A DNA stretch of 64,000 nt from Eledone cirrhosa (GCA_964016885.1 OZ024740.1:269266001-269330000); one strand, 5' to 3'. Shown: positions 49,828 to 63,044, numbered from the stretch's first letter. The notes: generated by a model not told the origin, from the letters alone. Program-made: numbers and translations.

Positions 49828-52800
49828 AATAATAATAATAATGATGATGATTTCATTTATTGACCACAAGGGCTGACATGTAGGGGACAATACAAAGACT
49901 GGGCTAGTGGGGGGTTTACAATAAGATTGAGTAAAAATGCACAATAGCAAAACGTATTTAACAATGAAAAAATATAAAAATAAAATATAGATAAAAATAA
50001 CAAAATATATTCCCCAGGTACCATACCAATGGCCATTCTTGCCTCTCTCACCCATCTTTCAACAAAATGCTGGGAAGAGAGCACTTCCTTCTCTACCCTG
50101 ATTTTCCTTTTCAAATGAAATTTGAAAAGGTTAATCAGGGCATCACCGAAGAGGTAAGTGCACGTCTTCAGCTCTTTCAGACGCGTCCACCATACTATCT
50201 CTTTCGCCATGGCCACCAGACAGATAAAAACTGCCTGCCCTTCGTGGCCAAAGGAAGAGGGCGGAGCAATCCACAAGATGGACTCAGCTGATAGCCGGAT
50301 CCGTTCTACATGCGACAGCAGGTGTTCAACATAAACCCACAAGTCAGCAATGCTCGGACACTGGACGAGTGCGTGCAGGACGGTTTCGTCGCCCTGCGCA
50401 CATCTCGGACATGCCCGGCTGATGGCACTTCCATTCCTGTAGAGTTTATCCTGAACTGGCAAAGCTCCTCAGCAGCACTGTCAGGCCAGGAACTTCTGGA
50501 AGTTGTCCATAGGCCCCGGCCCGAAAGTTCTTCCGAAGAGATTGCCTAGCTGATTTTCATCGACACCTAGAGTTTCCCCCAAGTACGTTCTCGCCCTTTC
50601 CCTCCACTAATCCTCTATAGAACGCCAAGGTGCAGTTTCCACCGATCACATTGCCTGACTGGTTGAGGGCTGTGAGCGCCTGAAGACATTCCAGTCTCCA
50701 AGCGCTCCCTCTCGGTCTTTGCTTGACCCAGAAATGCAGCTCCGTCAAGGAGATGAACCAGGGAAAGACGCGTCTAGCAAATGGTGACCACACCTGATCA
50801 CCGTCAAGGAAGAAGTGGAGATGTCGTAGCCTGAGCGAGTGTCTGCACATCATCAGCCACGGCATGCCCAGCCCTCCACGTAGCGGGTGTTAATAGCAGA
50901 TGGACCGCCTGACCATCAGAGTGCGTCCCTTCCACAAAAAGCAAAAGAGCAAACGCTCCAACACAGTCAAGCAGAGCTATGGGCCTGAAATTATCTATGT
51001 TAGCCTCCTTGTTCAGATCCTTTCTCAGCAGCGCCATCGCTCCTCGGCTCACAGAGCTGGGAATTCTCCCATTCTGTTGCCAGTTGCAATAGACGACTGC
51101 CAAGAGGTCTCCGAACAAGTCTGGCATCTGTACGTAAAGTTCATAGGGCAGACCATCCAAACCAGGCAATTTACCCCTTGTGCGGCCAATCACGCCTCTC
51201 GTACTTCAGCTGCTGTTATCAGCTTTTCGCAACACTCCGCCTCAGTGGCCGAGAGCCGCGGCAGTCAGTCGAGGTAGGCAATAAAGTCCATCCCTCGATC
51301 CGGCCCGCCGCTGCCCCCCGGGATCGAGTAGCATGCGCCCGTCGTGGTCCACCAAAGACCGGATCGTGGCTTTGTTGCCACGACGCGCCTCCGCCACTCA
51401 GGCCCATTGAACGGCTTTCGTCCCCTCATGTCTGAGAGCACGCACCCTAGCTCTGACAACGCAGCCTTGGAAGAATTGGTTAAGGGTCAATTTTGCCGCA
51501 AATACATCGGTCGCGATGCCTCGTCTAATTTTTTAACTAGTTCTCCCTCTGCTCTATTTTTCTCTATTGCTAAAGCCTTACTAAACCTAATGGACTCTAT
51601 TCTAATCGCACTTTTCCAACAAACCACCATTTATTGTTGACGATGGCCCCCGTCAACGCCTGCTTAACTAGTTCGCTAATCCGGTCTCTGTAGGCCTTGC
51701 GTGCTGTTAATGATGCGTTTAGCTTCCAGTAGCTGGGTCCCTGTTTATGAAGCCTATTTAAGTCAACCACACAGATCACGAATGTGGTCCATGTAGCTGA
51801 CTATCTTGAATTGTGGACAGCCTATGCTAGACCTATCTATTTCCCTACAAAATACTCTATCTAGATATGATCGGGATGACCCAATGCGGTTTGTCCAAGT
51901 CCACATTGGCACGTTCAGGAAATCCAATCGGTACCTCTCCGACAGTTGAAAATGCCTGAGTAGGTTTGCGAGGCTTTTACACCCTCCTCCCCTATCCGCT
52001 AATCCCACACAATCCTAGCGTGCATCTAAGATCCCGTTCCAGTCACCCATTAACACTAGAGAGCGGGACATTCCAAGAAAGGTCTCCAGACGCCGGAAGA
52101 ATTCAGGCCGTCCTGCTCCTGTTGGGGCATTGGCGGCCACTAGCCTGAAAGCTTGTCCTTCTCTGCTGGTCACGTCCAGTACCACCAACTTACCTTCTGG
52201 GTCCAAGAAGAGATCCAGACTTCTCTGGAACAACACAGCCACTCTCCAATTGATGTGGGGAACATTTTTTTGAATGTTATGTCATTTTTTTGTGTAATTT
52301 CTATTATTTTTATGTGTGTGGGGGGTGCAATTTTGGTGGTTTGGACGCAGTTTGTTTCTGTGATGTTGGTGTGGTGTTGAATGTAATTTAAAAGCTTTGT
52401 GTTGTCTGTGTCTATGGCTGTGTATTGTGTCTGCTGTTTGGGTGTTGGTGCTTTCTGTGTTTGCTGTCGTGTTGTTGGAGGTGACGATGGGGTAGATGCT
52501 AAGGGTGGCGGTGGTGCTGGTGGCGGTGGTAGTATTGGTAGTGGTGATAGTGTAGGTGGTTGTGGGGTGTGGCTGTTGATGGTGGTGGAGGAGATGGAGT
52601 AGTTTTCATTTTCTTTTTTTTTTAGGATTCTTTCTTCCTCTCTTTTTTGGGGGGATGAGGGTAGGGAGTTCTTACTTTTTTTATTTGAATAGTTCTCCAC
52701 TCTTCGGCCTCATCGCACTCCTTGTCCAATTTGGCTACATCAGGAAGGGGTATGTTTTCCATTGGTTCTGTGGGTGGTGGAAGAGATGGTGTTTTTGTTG

Positions 52801-54130
52801 TTGGGGATGGTGATTTCTCTTCTGCCATTGTGGTGTTTGTTTGTTTGTCTGCTCCAGTTGCGGGGCACGACGTGGGGAGAAGGAGTGGGCGCGTGCCTGT
52901 TTTGGTATGTTTGGGGCAGAATGTCTTAAGGTGCGTCTTGTCACCACATCCATGACACCTTGGGCGCCTACCTTCGACAGTCACGGGTAAATGGCTGCCG
53001 TCGTCCAGGTCTATTACATCGGGGATGGCCTCAACGCTTTCCTGGTTCGCTGGGATGATTAGCTCCATCCCCGACCCTGTCCAGTTTTCCTGTCTTATTC
53101 GTATGACGTTCAGTATGGTTGTTGAATCCTCAACGTCAGCGAGGACGGCTGCCGTCAGCAATGCCATCTCCACTGAGGGCGGAACCTGGCCCACTCGAAC
53201 CTTCACGACTCTCTGGCCGCAGTATGTGGGCATCATTATGATTTCATCACTGCGGAGTGTACTCTGGCTTCTTCTGGTGTAGCGAAGAGCACATCCACAG
53301 TGCCATATCTTGATCCCCGGGCTATATATGTTTTCTGTGCCCAGACGGCACCCATAGCTCTTTGGATCTGTGACTCCGTTGCCCATTCAACTCGCCGTGA
53401 TTTTGATCCGATCGTGCGATAACTGACCGAACACAAAAGTTTGTTTCTTATTATCTCAGCTGGGCGGGTGAGACTTACCCTGTGTCCGGTCTTTTTAACC
53501 AAGACCTTTGCTTGTTTTATCTCTTTGTTAGTGATGTGTACTTGTTCAAAATTGTTTGTCACTTTCGCGAAAGATGTGTTTGTTTTGATTTGTGTTGACT
53601 CATCACTAGTTTTGTCTTTGTTGCCGTCATTGGTGTTTTTTTTTTTTTTTCTCTGTGTTGCTGCTGTTATAGTTGTTCTTTGAGTTCTTTATGGCTGTTA
53701 TTGTTGTCATTGGGGTGATGGCGGTGGTGTTGTTTGATTTTTCTAATGCAGGGAAGTTTTCGTTGTAATTTCCGCTACTGCTACTACTGTTCCAGTGGCT
53801 GCTGCTGCTGTTCTCACTACCACTGTCACTGCTGTTTCTCTTGTTTTTTACTTTGCCTTGTGATTGGGTGGAGATGGCTTGTCCACTCTCCGAACAACTC
53901 GCTGTTCCTCCCTGTGGACAATTTTTTTTGTCTGTCATGTTTTTTTAAAACAAAATTTGGGGGTTATGGTTGCAAATTTAGCCATCAAGGGCACGAGATA
54001 CAGTTAAAAAAAAAACCACCTCCTTTGACAGAGGGGTCCTTTAACTACACACCAAAGTAAAAAATATTATTAGAACTTTCAATAACTCATAAAAATTCAA
54101 CTAACTTACTCCGCTGTAGTTACCGCCGTC
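49828..54130 (-). mobile_element. Tx1/L1-clade LINE (second family) with 5' end and ORF1 retained, multiple ORF2 deletions
   Basis: ORF1 from ATG at 53938, frameshifted, with RPRCHGCGDKTHLKTFC knuckle; APE pieces; PGLDGLPYELY and NFRPIALL, after which the RT core is missing; C-terminal CPRC..HALVQC; AATAAA followed by an (ATC/ATT)n tail. Confidence 0.9.
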
Positions 54131-54149
54131 TTATAATAATAACAACAAA

Positions 54150-54179
<30 letters not shown>

Positions 54180-54183
<4 letters not shown>

Positions 54184-54605
54184 TGCTTCTACTTTAGGCA
54201 CAAGGCCATCAATTTGAAGAGGGGAAGCCAATTAAATCGACTCCAGCGCTTTACTGGTACTTTATTTTATAGACTCTCTAAGGATGAAAGGCGAAGCTAA
54301 CTTTGGCGAGATTTGAACTCAGACCATAAAGGGCTGTAACTCTATGTTGCAAAGCATGTTGTCTGACACTCTACCGATACTGCCAATACAAATAATAATT
54401 GTTTCTACTTTTGGCACAAGGCCAGCAATTACCCAGTAAATTACTGGTACTTTATTTTATTGATCCCGTAAGGATGAAAGGCAAATGAAATATTAATAAT
54501 AATTGTTTCTACGTTAGGCACAAGGCCAGCAAATACCCAGTGCATTACTGGTACTTTATTTTATCGACCCCGTAAGGATGAAAGGCAAAGTCAACCTCGG
54601 CGGAA
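54180..54605 (-). mobile_element. Cluster of three SINE family A copies
   Basis: Three repeats of aataataattgtttctact..ggcacaaggcca...ggatgaaaggc. Confidence 0.85.
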
Positions 54606-54622
54606 ATATTAATAATAATAAT

Positions 54623-56230
54623 ACCCTCGTGGTCTTGAAGTAGCAAGTGAGGAATAACCATGTCTCATGGGCAGGACTGGCTCTTTAGCCTTGGTTGACA
54701 ACCTTCCAAGAGAGGAGTCTCGAAAAAAAAAACCCTGCAAAAATACAACTGGTTGTTGTGACACCTTATCGCTACAAACCTCATTATGAGTGAAAAACAT
54801 CTTCAATATTTCATGACATGAATGTATTTGGAACTAATAACAGTGTAAGTCTCTTGCACGGCAAGTCTCCCACTGTATAGCAGAGTATAGTCCAGTTGCC
54901 ATCTATCTACTAAGAGAATGAAATGTTAATTGATGCGCTCAGCTGGGACAAGTCAAACTTTACTATGATGGAATGTTATCTAAGAAGTAGACCAGAGAGA
55001 CTAAGATTCATGAACAGAATGAGACAAATACAGTTAGACAAGGGAATATTTGAAGTGACACAGTGACCAGGTAAGACATATGAAGAAAAAAAAGATGGCT
55101 GAATGATGTGGAAATAGAAGAAATAAAATGACAAATTCAAATGACTCAGATTAATGCCATGGCTAAAAGAGAGAAAAATGTTACCAGCATTGTGACTGAG
55201 CTTATTCCCAATGAAAAGGTTGAAGTCACAGAAAAACTAACTGGATTAGAAAACTTAATAGAAGAAGGACCCTTATATTATCCCAATGATGCATTTGACA
55301 ACTTCTCTAAGGAGGAACTTATAATAGCAGCAAAGGCCTATGTTATTATTCAATCAAAGGAGCAAGAGCAATTACCATTAGTCAGAAAGATTAACAGGGG
55401 GAAAATTCACATAGTTAGCTAGGAACTATGGTGGAAGAGTGGCTTGCAAGAGCAACTTAATGAGTTAAGGAAGGCCATTGTTAAGATTGAGATCATAAAA
55501 AATAATGGGAAGTTAAAAACTAGATTTAGAGATGTCTTATGGGAGAAATGCTGGCTGGAAATAAAAAGGATACAAAAAGGTTATTGAAGAACTAAAGCAA
55601 AGAATAAAAGTAAAATCTGCAAAGATTAAAAGATATATAACAGAATTGAACAATTTCAACAAAATATTTTATTTCAGACAGATCAGAATTGGATCTATTG
55701 GGAATTGAATGGAGAAGAATTGTTGTACATAACTCCATTCAATGAAGATACAAAGAAATTTTGGAGTGAAGTTTGAAGTAAGCAAGATTCATGTAATAAC
55801 ATAGCTGAATAGTTGCATAAATTCAGAGATGAGATGAAAGATATCACAACCAGGGGGGAATGTTGCAATGATATCGGAAAAGATGAAGAATTTCCTTAAA
55901 AGTGTGTAAAATTATAAATCACCAGAAACATGACATGATCCAGGGATTTTGACTTAGGAATTTAACATTTCTGCATGACAGGCTGTTTGATCAGATAAAC
56001 ACATGTTTAGATGGTGGTGAAATCCATACAAAGATGAAATTACTGGCCTATAATTTACTTACCACTAATGTCTATAAGGTTTATGAACATCAAGAATGAC
56101 AGGAGATACTTTCCAGAAGAGCAAAAAGATGCAGAATAAAATAAAAAATGACATATGATTTGTATTATGTTGCTGAACAAGTTCTGCAGGAAGTGAGAAG
56201 CAAAAATAAAAATTCAACAACAGGATAAAT
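54623..56230 (+). mobile_element. Decayed R4/Dong-like non-LTR element, 5' part
   Basis: Degenerate MECYLRSRP..., WLNDVEIEEIK, WWK, KIKRY..RIEQFQQNILFQTDQ, and KSP...IQGF..LHDRL (start of RT). Confidence 0.6.
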
Positions 56231-56629
56231 AGACATCATCATCTTCGTTTAACATCTATTTTCCATGCTAGCATGGGTTAGACGGGCAATAGTAAGAATA
56301 TAATAAAAAAGACCTCTCAATCTCAAATGAAATACGAAAGAAAACAATAAAACTAGGAATAAGAAAGAAAATAAAAACACTAAAGTTATAAAACATGACC
56401 AAAAACAATAAAAAAAATGTTTTACTGTCTTTAAGGAAGCTAAAAAATTTAAAAAACCTCAAAACCACACTACATATTCAAGGTGCACAGAGCTGTGCTC
56501 AATAATGCAGCGATGACGCACAATAAATATATAGATCAATAATTACAATATTAATCATTTGTTTTTCGTAAGGTTTTTCTAGCAATCGGTTGCTAGGTGA
56601 TGCATTAATTAGCTTCAGATCAGTCTCTG

Positions 56630-57720
56630 ATCTAAGAGGTTCAATATATCATGCAAGATTCTGGCAGCGCTAGGATAGTAGAAATATGGGCACTGCCTAT
56701 GAAGTTGGGGATCCCAAAGCTTTTGATGAAAGACATAAGGTGTTTAGAGACCATGCCTAGTGCCCCAATGATGATTGGCATGAATTCTGTTTCTACATGG
56801 TGCTCAGTTCTAATAGTATGTGCTAAGTCTGCATGCTTATTGATGTTTTTCATTTCCTTTTCAGCCACATTGTGGTCTTGAGGGATTGCAATGTCAATTA
56901 GACTCTATTTTTGGTTTTATTTTTGGTTTTACAATATCGGGGTGGTTGTGATGGAATTTGTGGTCCCAAAAAATAACTCTGCACCCTATCCTGATAGGCA
57001 GGATTCAAGAGGAGTATGTGCATACCACTGATATTGAATGCTGATGCCTTTTTTTTAACAACTCCCAATGGACTTATTTTGCTATTAGATCACAGCAGAT
57101 TTTATAATGTCTTTTTGCTAATTGCTCACATCCACTAACAATATGTGCCACAGATTCATCTGCTTTATGGAAAACTCTGCAAAGCGAGGAGCAATTTTGT
57201 CCAATGATGTTAACTTTCACTTAATTGGTTCAGAGTGCCTGGTCTTGGGCAGCAGTAATAATAGTGTTCTTTTTAACTCAACCTGACCTAAGCCAAAGCC
57301 AAGACCAAGGATCAGCAATGTCTTTAATGGCAACTGTAAATTTGTTATGGAGAGCCTTTTCTTTCTTTGCCTGTTCTTGTTTCTCTCTAAAGGTTTTGTT
57401 GAATGCTTTCTTACCTTGACTTTCTGTTATAAAGTCTTTCTCCAGAACTCCGCTGAGTAGTGGTTCTTCAGTTAATGTTAAATACTCCCACAATCTGTTG
57501 CACTCACTATGTACACATTGCTCAACCAAAATTAAAGCTCTTCCACCTTCCTTCCTCTTAAAGTACAGCTTTGCAATATTTGCCCTTGGGTGTAAGCACC
57601 TATTGCATGTTAAAATTCAGCATGTGCAACTATTATTTATTACAAGGTCTTGTTTCATCCAATCAACTATTCCCACACTATACCTCACTACTCCCAAAGC
57701 CCACTGTTTTATTCTAGATT
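56630..57720 (-). mobile_element. Decayed R4/Dong-like element, 3' part (CCHC + RLE domain)
   Basis: Minus strand: LYLRRKEGGRAL, WSWLWLRSG, AAQDQAL, C..C...ESVAHIVSGC, PDI..LIDIAIP.D..K, PIIIGALG. Confidence 0.7.
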
Positions 57721-57721
57721 T

Positions 57722-58200
57722 TAATAATAATAATTATTTCTACTTTTGGCACAAGGCCAGCAATTATCCCAATGTCTTACTGGTACTTTATTTTAGTGAC
57801 ACCGTAAGGATGAAAGGCAAAGTTAACCTCAGCGGGAGTTGAACTCAGACCATAAAGGGCCGTAACTCTTTGCTGCAGAGCATGGCGTCTGACCCTCTAA
57901 CTATACTGCTAAAATAATAATAATGATGATAATTGTTTCTATTATAGGCACAGGGCTAGCAATTTTGGGGAAGGGGAATGGATTAAATCAACCCCAGTGC
58001 ATTACTGGTGTTTTAGTTATTGAACTTGTAAGGATGAAAGGCAAAGTTAACCTCGGTGGGATTTCAACTCAGAACGTAATGGGCTGTAAGTCTATGCTGC
58101 ATAGCATGTTTTCTGATGCTCTATCAATACTGCCTATAATAATAATTGTTTGTAATTTAGGCGCAAGGGCAGCTATTTTGGGTGAAGGGGATAATTAATT
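57722..58200 (-). mobile_element. Cluster of SINE family A copies
   Basis: Two near-complete cores plus a third tail, each starting at (AAT)n-tgtttct. Confidence 0.8.
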
Positions 58201-58477
58201 ATATTGACCTAGAACTTGAGATATACTTCATTTTATTAGCATCAAAGTATATAAAAAATATAAAGTATTTAGTCTGATACTCTAGTGATTGCCATATTGG
58301 TCACTATATGTATATATATTTATTTGTTTTTACTCTATTTTATGAAATTTGTTTATTACAATCATTATCACTTAATTCTATTTTAACTGAAATATTAAGT
58401 TTCATCTACATTTAATTTATAATGTAATAATTCTGCCTATAAATCACCCTGAGAAGGAGGATGAGGAGGTGGAAAAG

Positions 58478-61400
58478 AATAATAATAATAATGATTTCAT
58501 TTATTGGCCACAAGGGCCAACATGTAGGGGACAATACAAAGACAGAGACAGTGGGGGTTTACAATAAGGTCGAGTAAAAGTGCACAATGGCAAGACTAAT
58601 TGAACAATGAAGATATACAAATATAAAATAAACTATGTATAAATATAACGACCCAGGGGTGGCTCAGGTACCCCACCAATCCTGAACCACCCTGCGCTTC
58701 TAGGGCACGCAGGGACAGCACCCCTCTCCTCAAATTAGCTAGCATATAGGCGTATGGTCAGAGTAGGCCCATTCACACGAGCTATTCTCGCCACATTCAT
58801 CCACATTTTAGCAAATGTACTGGGGGGCAGCACTTCTCTCTCCACCCTCACCTTCCTTTCCAGGTGAAACTTGAAGAAGTTGATGAGGGATTGGCCGAAG
58901 AGAAAAGTGTCTGTCTTCAGTCCTTTCAACCTCGTCCACCATACAACCTCTTTCGCAACTGCCACCAGACAGAGGAAAATTGCCTGCTCTTCCTGACCAA
59001 AAGAAGGCGGCGGGTCGATCTTCACTATGGACTCGGCCAATAGGTGGATCCATTCTACACGCGACAGTACCTGTTCGACATAACTCCACAAGTCAGTAAT
59101 ACACGGACATTGGACAAGTGCGTGCAGAACGGTTTCATCGCTCTGTGCATTTCTTGGGCAGGTCCGTCTGACAGCACTTCCGTGCCTGTAGAGTTTATCC
59201 CGAACCAGCAGTGCCCCCGGTAGCACTGCCAAACAAGGGATTTCTGGAAATTGTCCATCATCCCCGGCTCGAAAGTCCTCCGAAACAGACTGGTCAGTTC
59301 GACTTCGTCAAAGCCCATAGCCTCTCCGAGTGCACCATTGGCCACCACTAATCCTCTATAGTACTCGAGAGTGGAAGTACCACTGATCGCATTGCCAGCT
59401 TGGCAGAGGGCAGTGAGTGCCTGGCAATATTCCAGGTGCCAGTCATCCAGTCTCGGTCTCTTCTTGACCCAGGACTGCAGCTCAGTCAAAGAAACAAGCT
59501 GAGGAAGGGCCTGTCTGATAAACAGCGACCACACCTGTTCACCGTTTAGGCAGAATATCTGGAGATGTAGCAGCCTCAGCGAATGTCTGCGCATCATTAG
59601 CCACGGCATGCCCAGCCCTCCACGGAGAGAGTACTGGCAGCAGATGGACCGCCTCACCAATGGAACTTGTCCTCTCCACAAGAATTTGAAGAGGAGCCGG
59701 TCCAACTTGACGAGTTGCGGAGGGGGTCAAGGCACGACGGTCAGGCGGTAGTAGAAAACGGACTCGATGTATGCATGTGCCACCTCCTCACGACCTTTCA
59801 GTGATAGCTTCCTCGCAGCCCATTTTTGGATGAGACTGGCTACCCTGCGCTCAGCGACGACCGTCGAGATGCGCAGCAAGCCATCAAGGTAGGGACTGAA
59901 ATCCGCTACTCTCTCTGACCCACCACTCTCCCCAAACAACCGAGCAAAGTGCTGGCGAAAGGCCTCACACATCCGCTTGGAATCGCTAATCTCGTGTCCG
60001 TTTCGGTCCACCAAGGACCGAATTGTGGTTTTATTACCACAGTGCGCCTCTGCCACACGGGCCCATCGAACAGCTTTGGTTCCCTCGTTTATCAGCACAA
60101 GCGCCTTAGCTCTGACAATGCAACCTTCGTGTTTCGCATTGAAGAAATGGTCTAATGCCATTCTCGCCGCTAGCACGTCAGTTGCAATGCCACTACAAAT
60201 AGACTCGTCTAACTTATCTACCAACTCCCCCTCCTTTCTATTTTTCTCTAATGCTAGTTCTTTGCTGAACTCTATCGAAGTTACTCTAATCTTTCTTTTG
60301 ACAGCCAACCACCATCTGTTGTTGATGATCCCCCCTGTCAACTTTTGCTTAACTACATTGTTGACTTGGTCCCTGTAAGCCTTACGTGCCAGAAATGACA
60401 TGTTCAGCTTCCAGTAACCAGGTCCTAACTACGCGTTTTATCTAGGTCGACCATACAGATCACAAATTTGTGATCTGAATAAGTGACCGTTTTAAAAAGT
60501 GGGCAGCCTAGACTATTTCTATTTATTTTCCTAATGAAGATCATGTCTATATATGATCTAGATGACCCTATGCGGTTGGTCCACGTCCACACTGGCGCAT
60601 TGGCAAATCTAGTCGATACCTGTCAGACAGTTGGAACTGGCTGATTAGGTGCTTGAGGCTTTTGCACGCCCCGCTCTTATCAGTTACTGCCACACAATCC
60701 CAGCATGCGTTTAAGATGCCGTTCCAGTCCCCTGCTAACAGTAAAGAGCGAGACATACCCAGAAAGGTTTCCAGGCACCTAACGAAGTCCCGTGATCCGG
60801 CCAAAGTAGGGGCAAAGACTGCCAGCAGTCTAAAGGCACCACCTTCACTACTGCTCACATCCAGGACCACCAACTTACCGTCCGGGTCCCGGAAGATCGA
60901 ACTTTCCTCCAGATCCAGGCCTCTCCTAAACAGCACTGCCACCCCACCTCCCATTACCAGTCTGCTAATAGATACGAAAATCTGATAGTCATCGAAAATG
61001 GGGGCTAGTGCATGTGTTTCGGAAATTCTGGTCTTGTTGATGGCAATCACATCCATTTCCAGAGACCTGAGGTCATTGAGCAGGCAGCCCTGCTTTCAGG
61101 GTGACCCCAGGCTGCGAACATTTAAACTTCCTACTCTTAATATGGCCATGTTGGCAAGCTAAAAGAGAGAGGGAAGGTTTACTTACCTCCTGGGGTCTTG
61201 TGAAGGTTGGGTGGTTCAACATCCATGGTTGGTGGGGTTTCTTTTGGGAACCCCCTTTAAAAGTCTCGATGTGGGCTTCACATTCGGGGTTCCCACGTCT
61301 TGAGGAAAGCTCTCCCGAATTTCTTTGAAGGAATCGAGCAATATTCGGACCAGAAGCAAATCCCCTGGCACGCAAAATGTGCTCATTTCAAAAATCTCCC

Positions 61401-62410
61401 CCTCTCTTTGAATGTCCTCGCTTCGTGCTAAGAGGGCCATCAGTTTATCGTTGGCCCTTCTGACAAACACAAAGTTTTTTATATTTTGTTGATATGGTTT
61501 TATTTGTTTTTGTTTTGGTGACTATAGTGGTGATGGTTTTGGAGGTGTTGTTTTGGGTATGTCTGTGTTTGTTGTAGGTGTGGTGTCTGCAATTTCAGGT
61601 GTCTGAGTGTTTATTTGTTCTTGTGTTTGTTTAGGTTGTTTGCGTTTCGGGGATTGTGGACGTGGTGTTGATGTTATTGGGGAAGTGTTTGCGTTAGTGG
61701 TGTCTGTATCTTTTGTTGTGTATGTTTTTGTGTTTTGTTGGGGCTTTTTTTTGGTGAGTTTCCTCTTTTGTTTTTTGGCACTTTTGGGTTTTTCCTTCAT
61801 CTTCGCTGCTGGAAGACAAAGGGTATGTGGCTGTGAGTGTATCAGTGTGTGTGTGTTTATTGTTTTGTCAATGTGTATAATTGGAGGGGTAGGGTGGAGT
61901 GGGAGAGCTTTCTGTGTTTTCCTCTTGGCTTGGTTTCGGTGTTGGTGGTGGTCCGGCTGTTTTTGATGTTGGTGGGGTTACCCGTATCTTTGTTGGTGTT
62001 GTTTTTGGTGGTGGTGGTGCATCTTTCTGTGCTGACACTGGCGTTGGCAACAAAGGAGGTTTGCGAGCCCCTGTATTTTTGAGCTGAGCAAGATCACTTT
62101 TTATCACCTCATCCCAGGTTTTTCTTGATCTACCCACTCCATAGCTTCCATCAAGGCTTGCAGATGCGTTCCTTCCCCGCAGACGAAGCAGTGCGGCCTT
62201 CTTCCCTCAGTGATTAATTGGATTGTTGTCCCGTCAAGCAGGCGGGCAAAATCTGGGATGTTGTTGATGTCCTCTGGTTTCATTTGGAGAAGAATCTCCA
62301 AATCCATTCCGGACCAGTCTTCTCTCTCTGTCCTTTTGATATCTAGGAGGGTAGTATCTGTCCCCTCCTCGATTACGCAATTACGCATCCCAGGAGCCAC
62401 CATATGTTCA
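58478..62410 (-). mobile_element. Tx1/L1-clade LINE, same family as 38165-42068, RT domain deleted
   Basis: Collinear ORF1 end, APE and linker, then a jump at about 59850 (STVVAE|RRVASL) to the post-RT region; CCHC C-terminus; AATAAA followed by (ATT)n. Confidence 0.9.
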
Positions 62411-62520
62411 TAATAATAAGAAGAAGAAGAAGGAGAAGGAGGAGGAGGAGGAGGAGGAGGAGGAGGAGGAGGAGGAGAAGAAGAAGAAGAAGAAGAAGAA
62501 GAAGAAGAAGAAGAAGAATG
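62410..62520. repeat. Compound (TAA)(GAA)(GGA)(GAA) microsatellite
   Basis: Direct reading. Confidence 0.9.
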
Positions 62521-63044
62521 GGAAAAGCAAGATAAAATGTACAAAATACATTGATAGAATTTCATGTTCCTGCCATCCTCACTATTCTTGTAGAATATTC
62601 CGTTGTTTTTATGAGTCAGAATATTCTATTTCCTATTGTTTATCTTTCAAAATGGTATTGTGCAACACCAACAGATGAACCCATTGTTTACTATTCAATA
62701 TCCTGATGCGAAAGAAGACAGAAAAGAATTTCTAAAATATTACATAAATTATTCTTTAAATTAGCTATAAATATCTGCATAATAAAGATACATTTTATCC
62801 TCACAAAAGCTATTTCCATTATATTTCTGTTTTTAATTCCCTTGTTACATGTATGTGCATGCAGGCGTGTATATATGTATATATCTCTCTCCCGTTCTCA
62901 CTCACTCTCTTTCTTATAATATATACATATATATATATATATATAGATAGATAGATACATATATACATAGATAAATAGATAGAAAGATACATATATAAAT
63001 ATATATATATAATAAATATATACACTTAAATATATATATAAACA

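Noticed and set aside
55141-55422. 93-aa ORF as an independent gene
   Set aside because: It lies within the decayed R4/Dong-like coding region.
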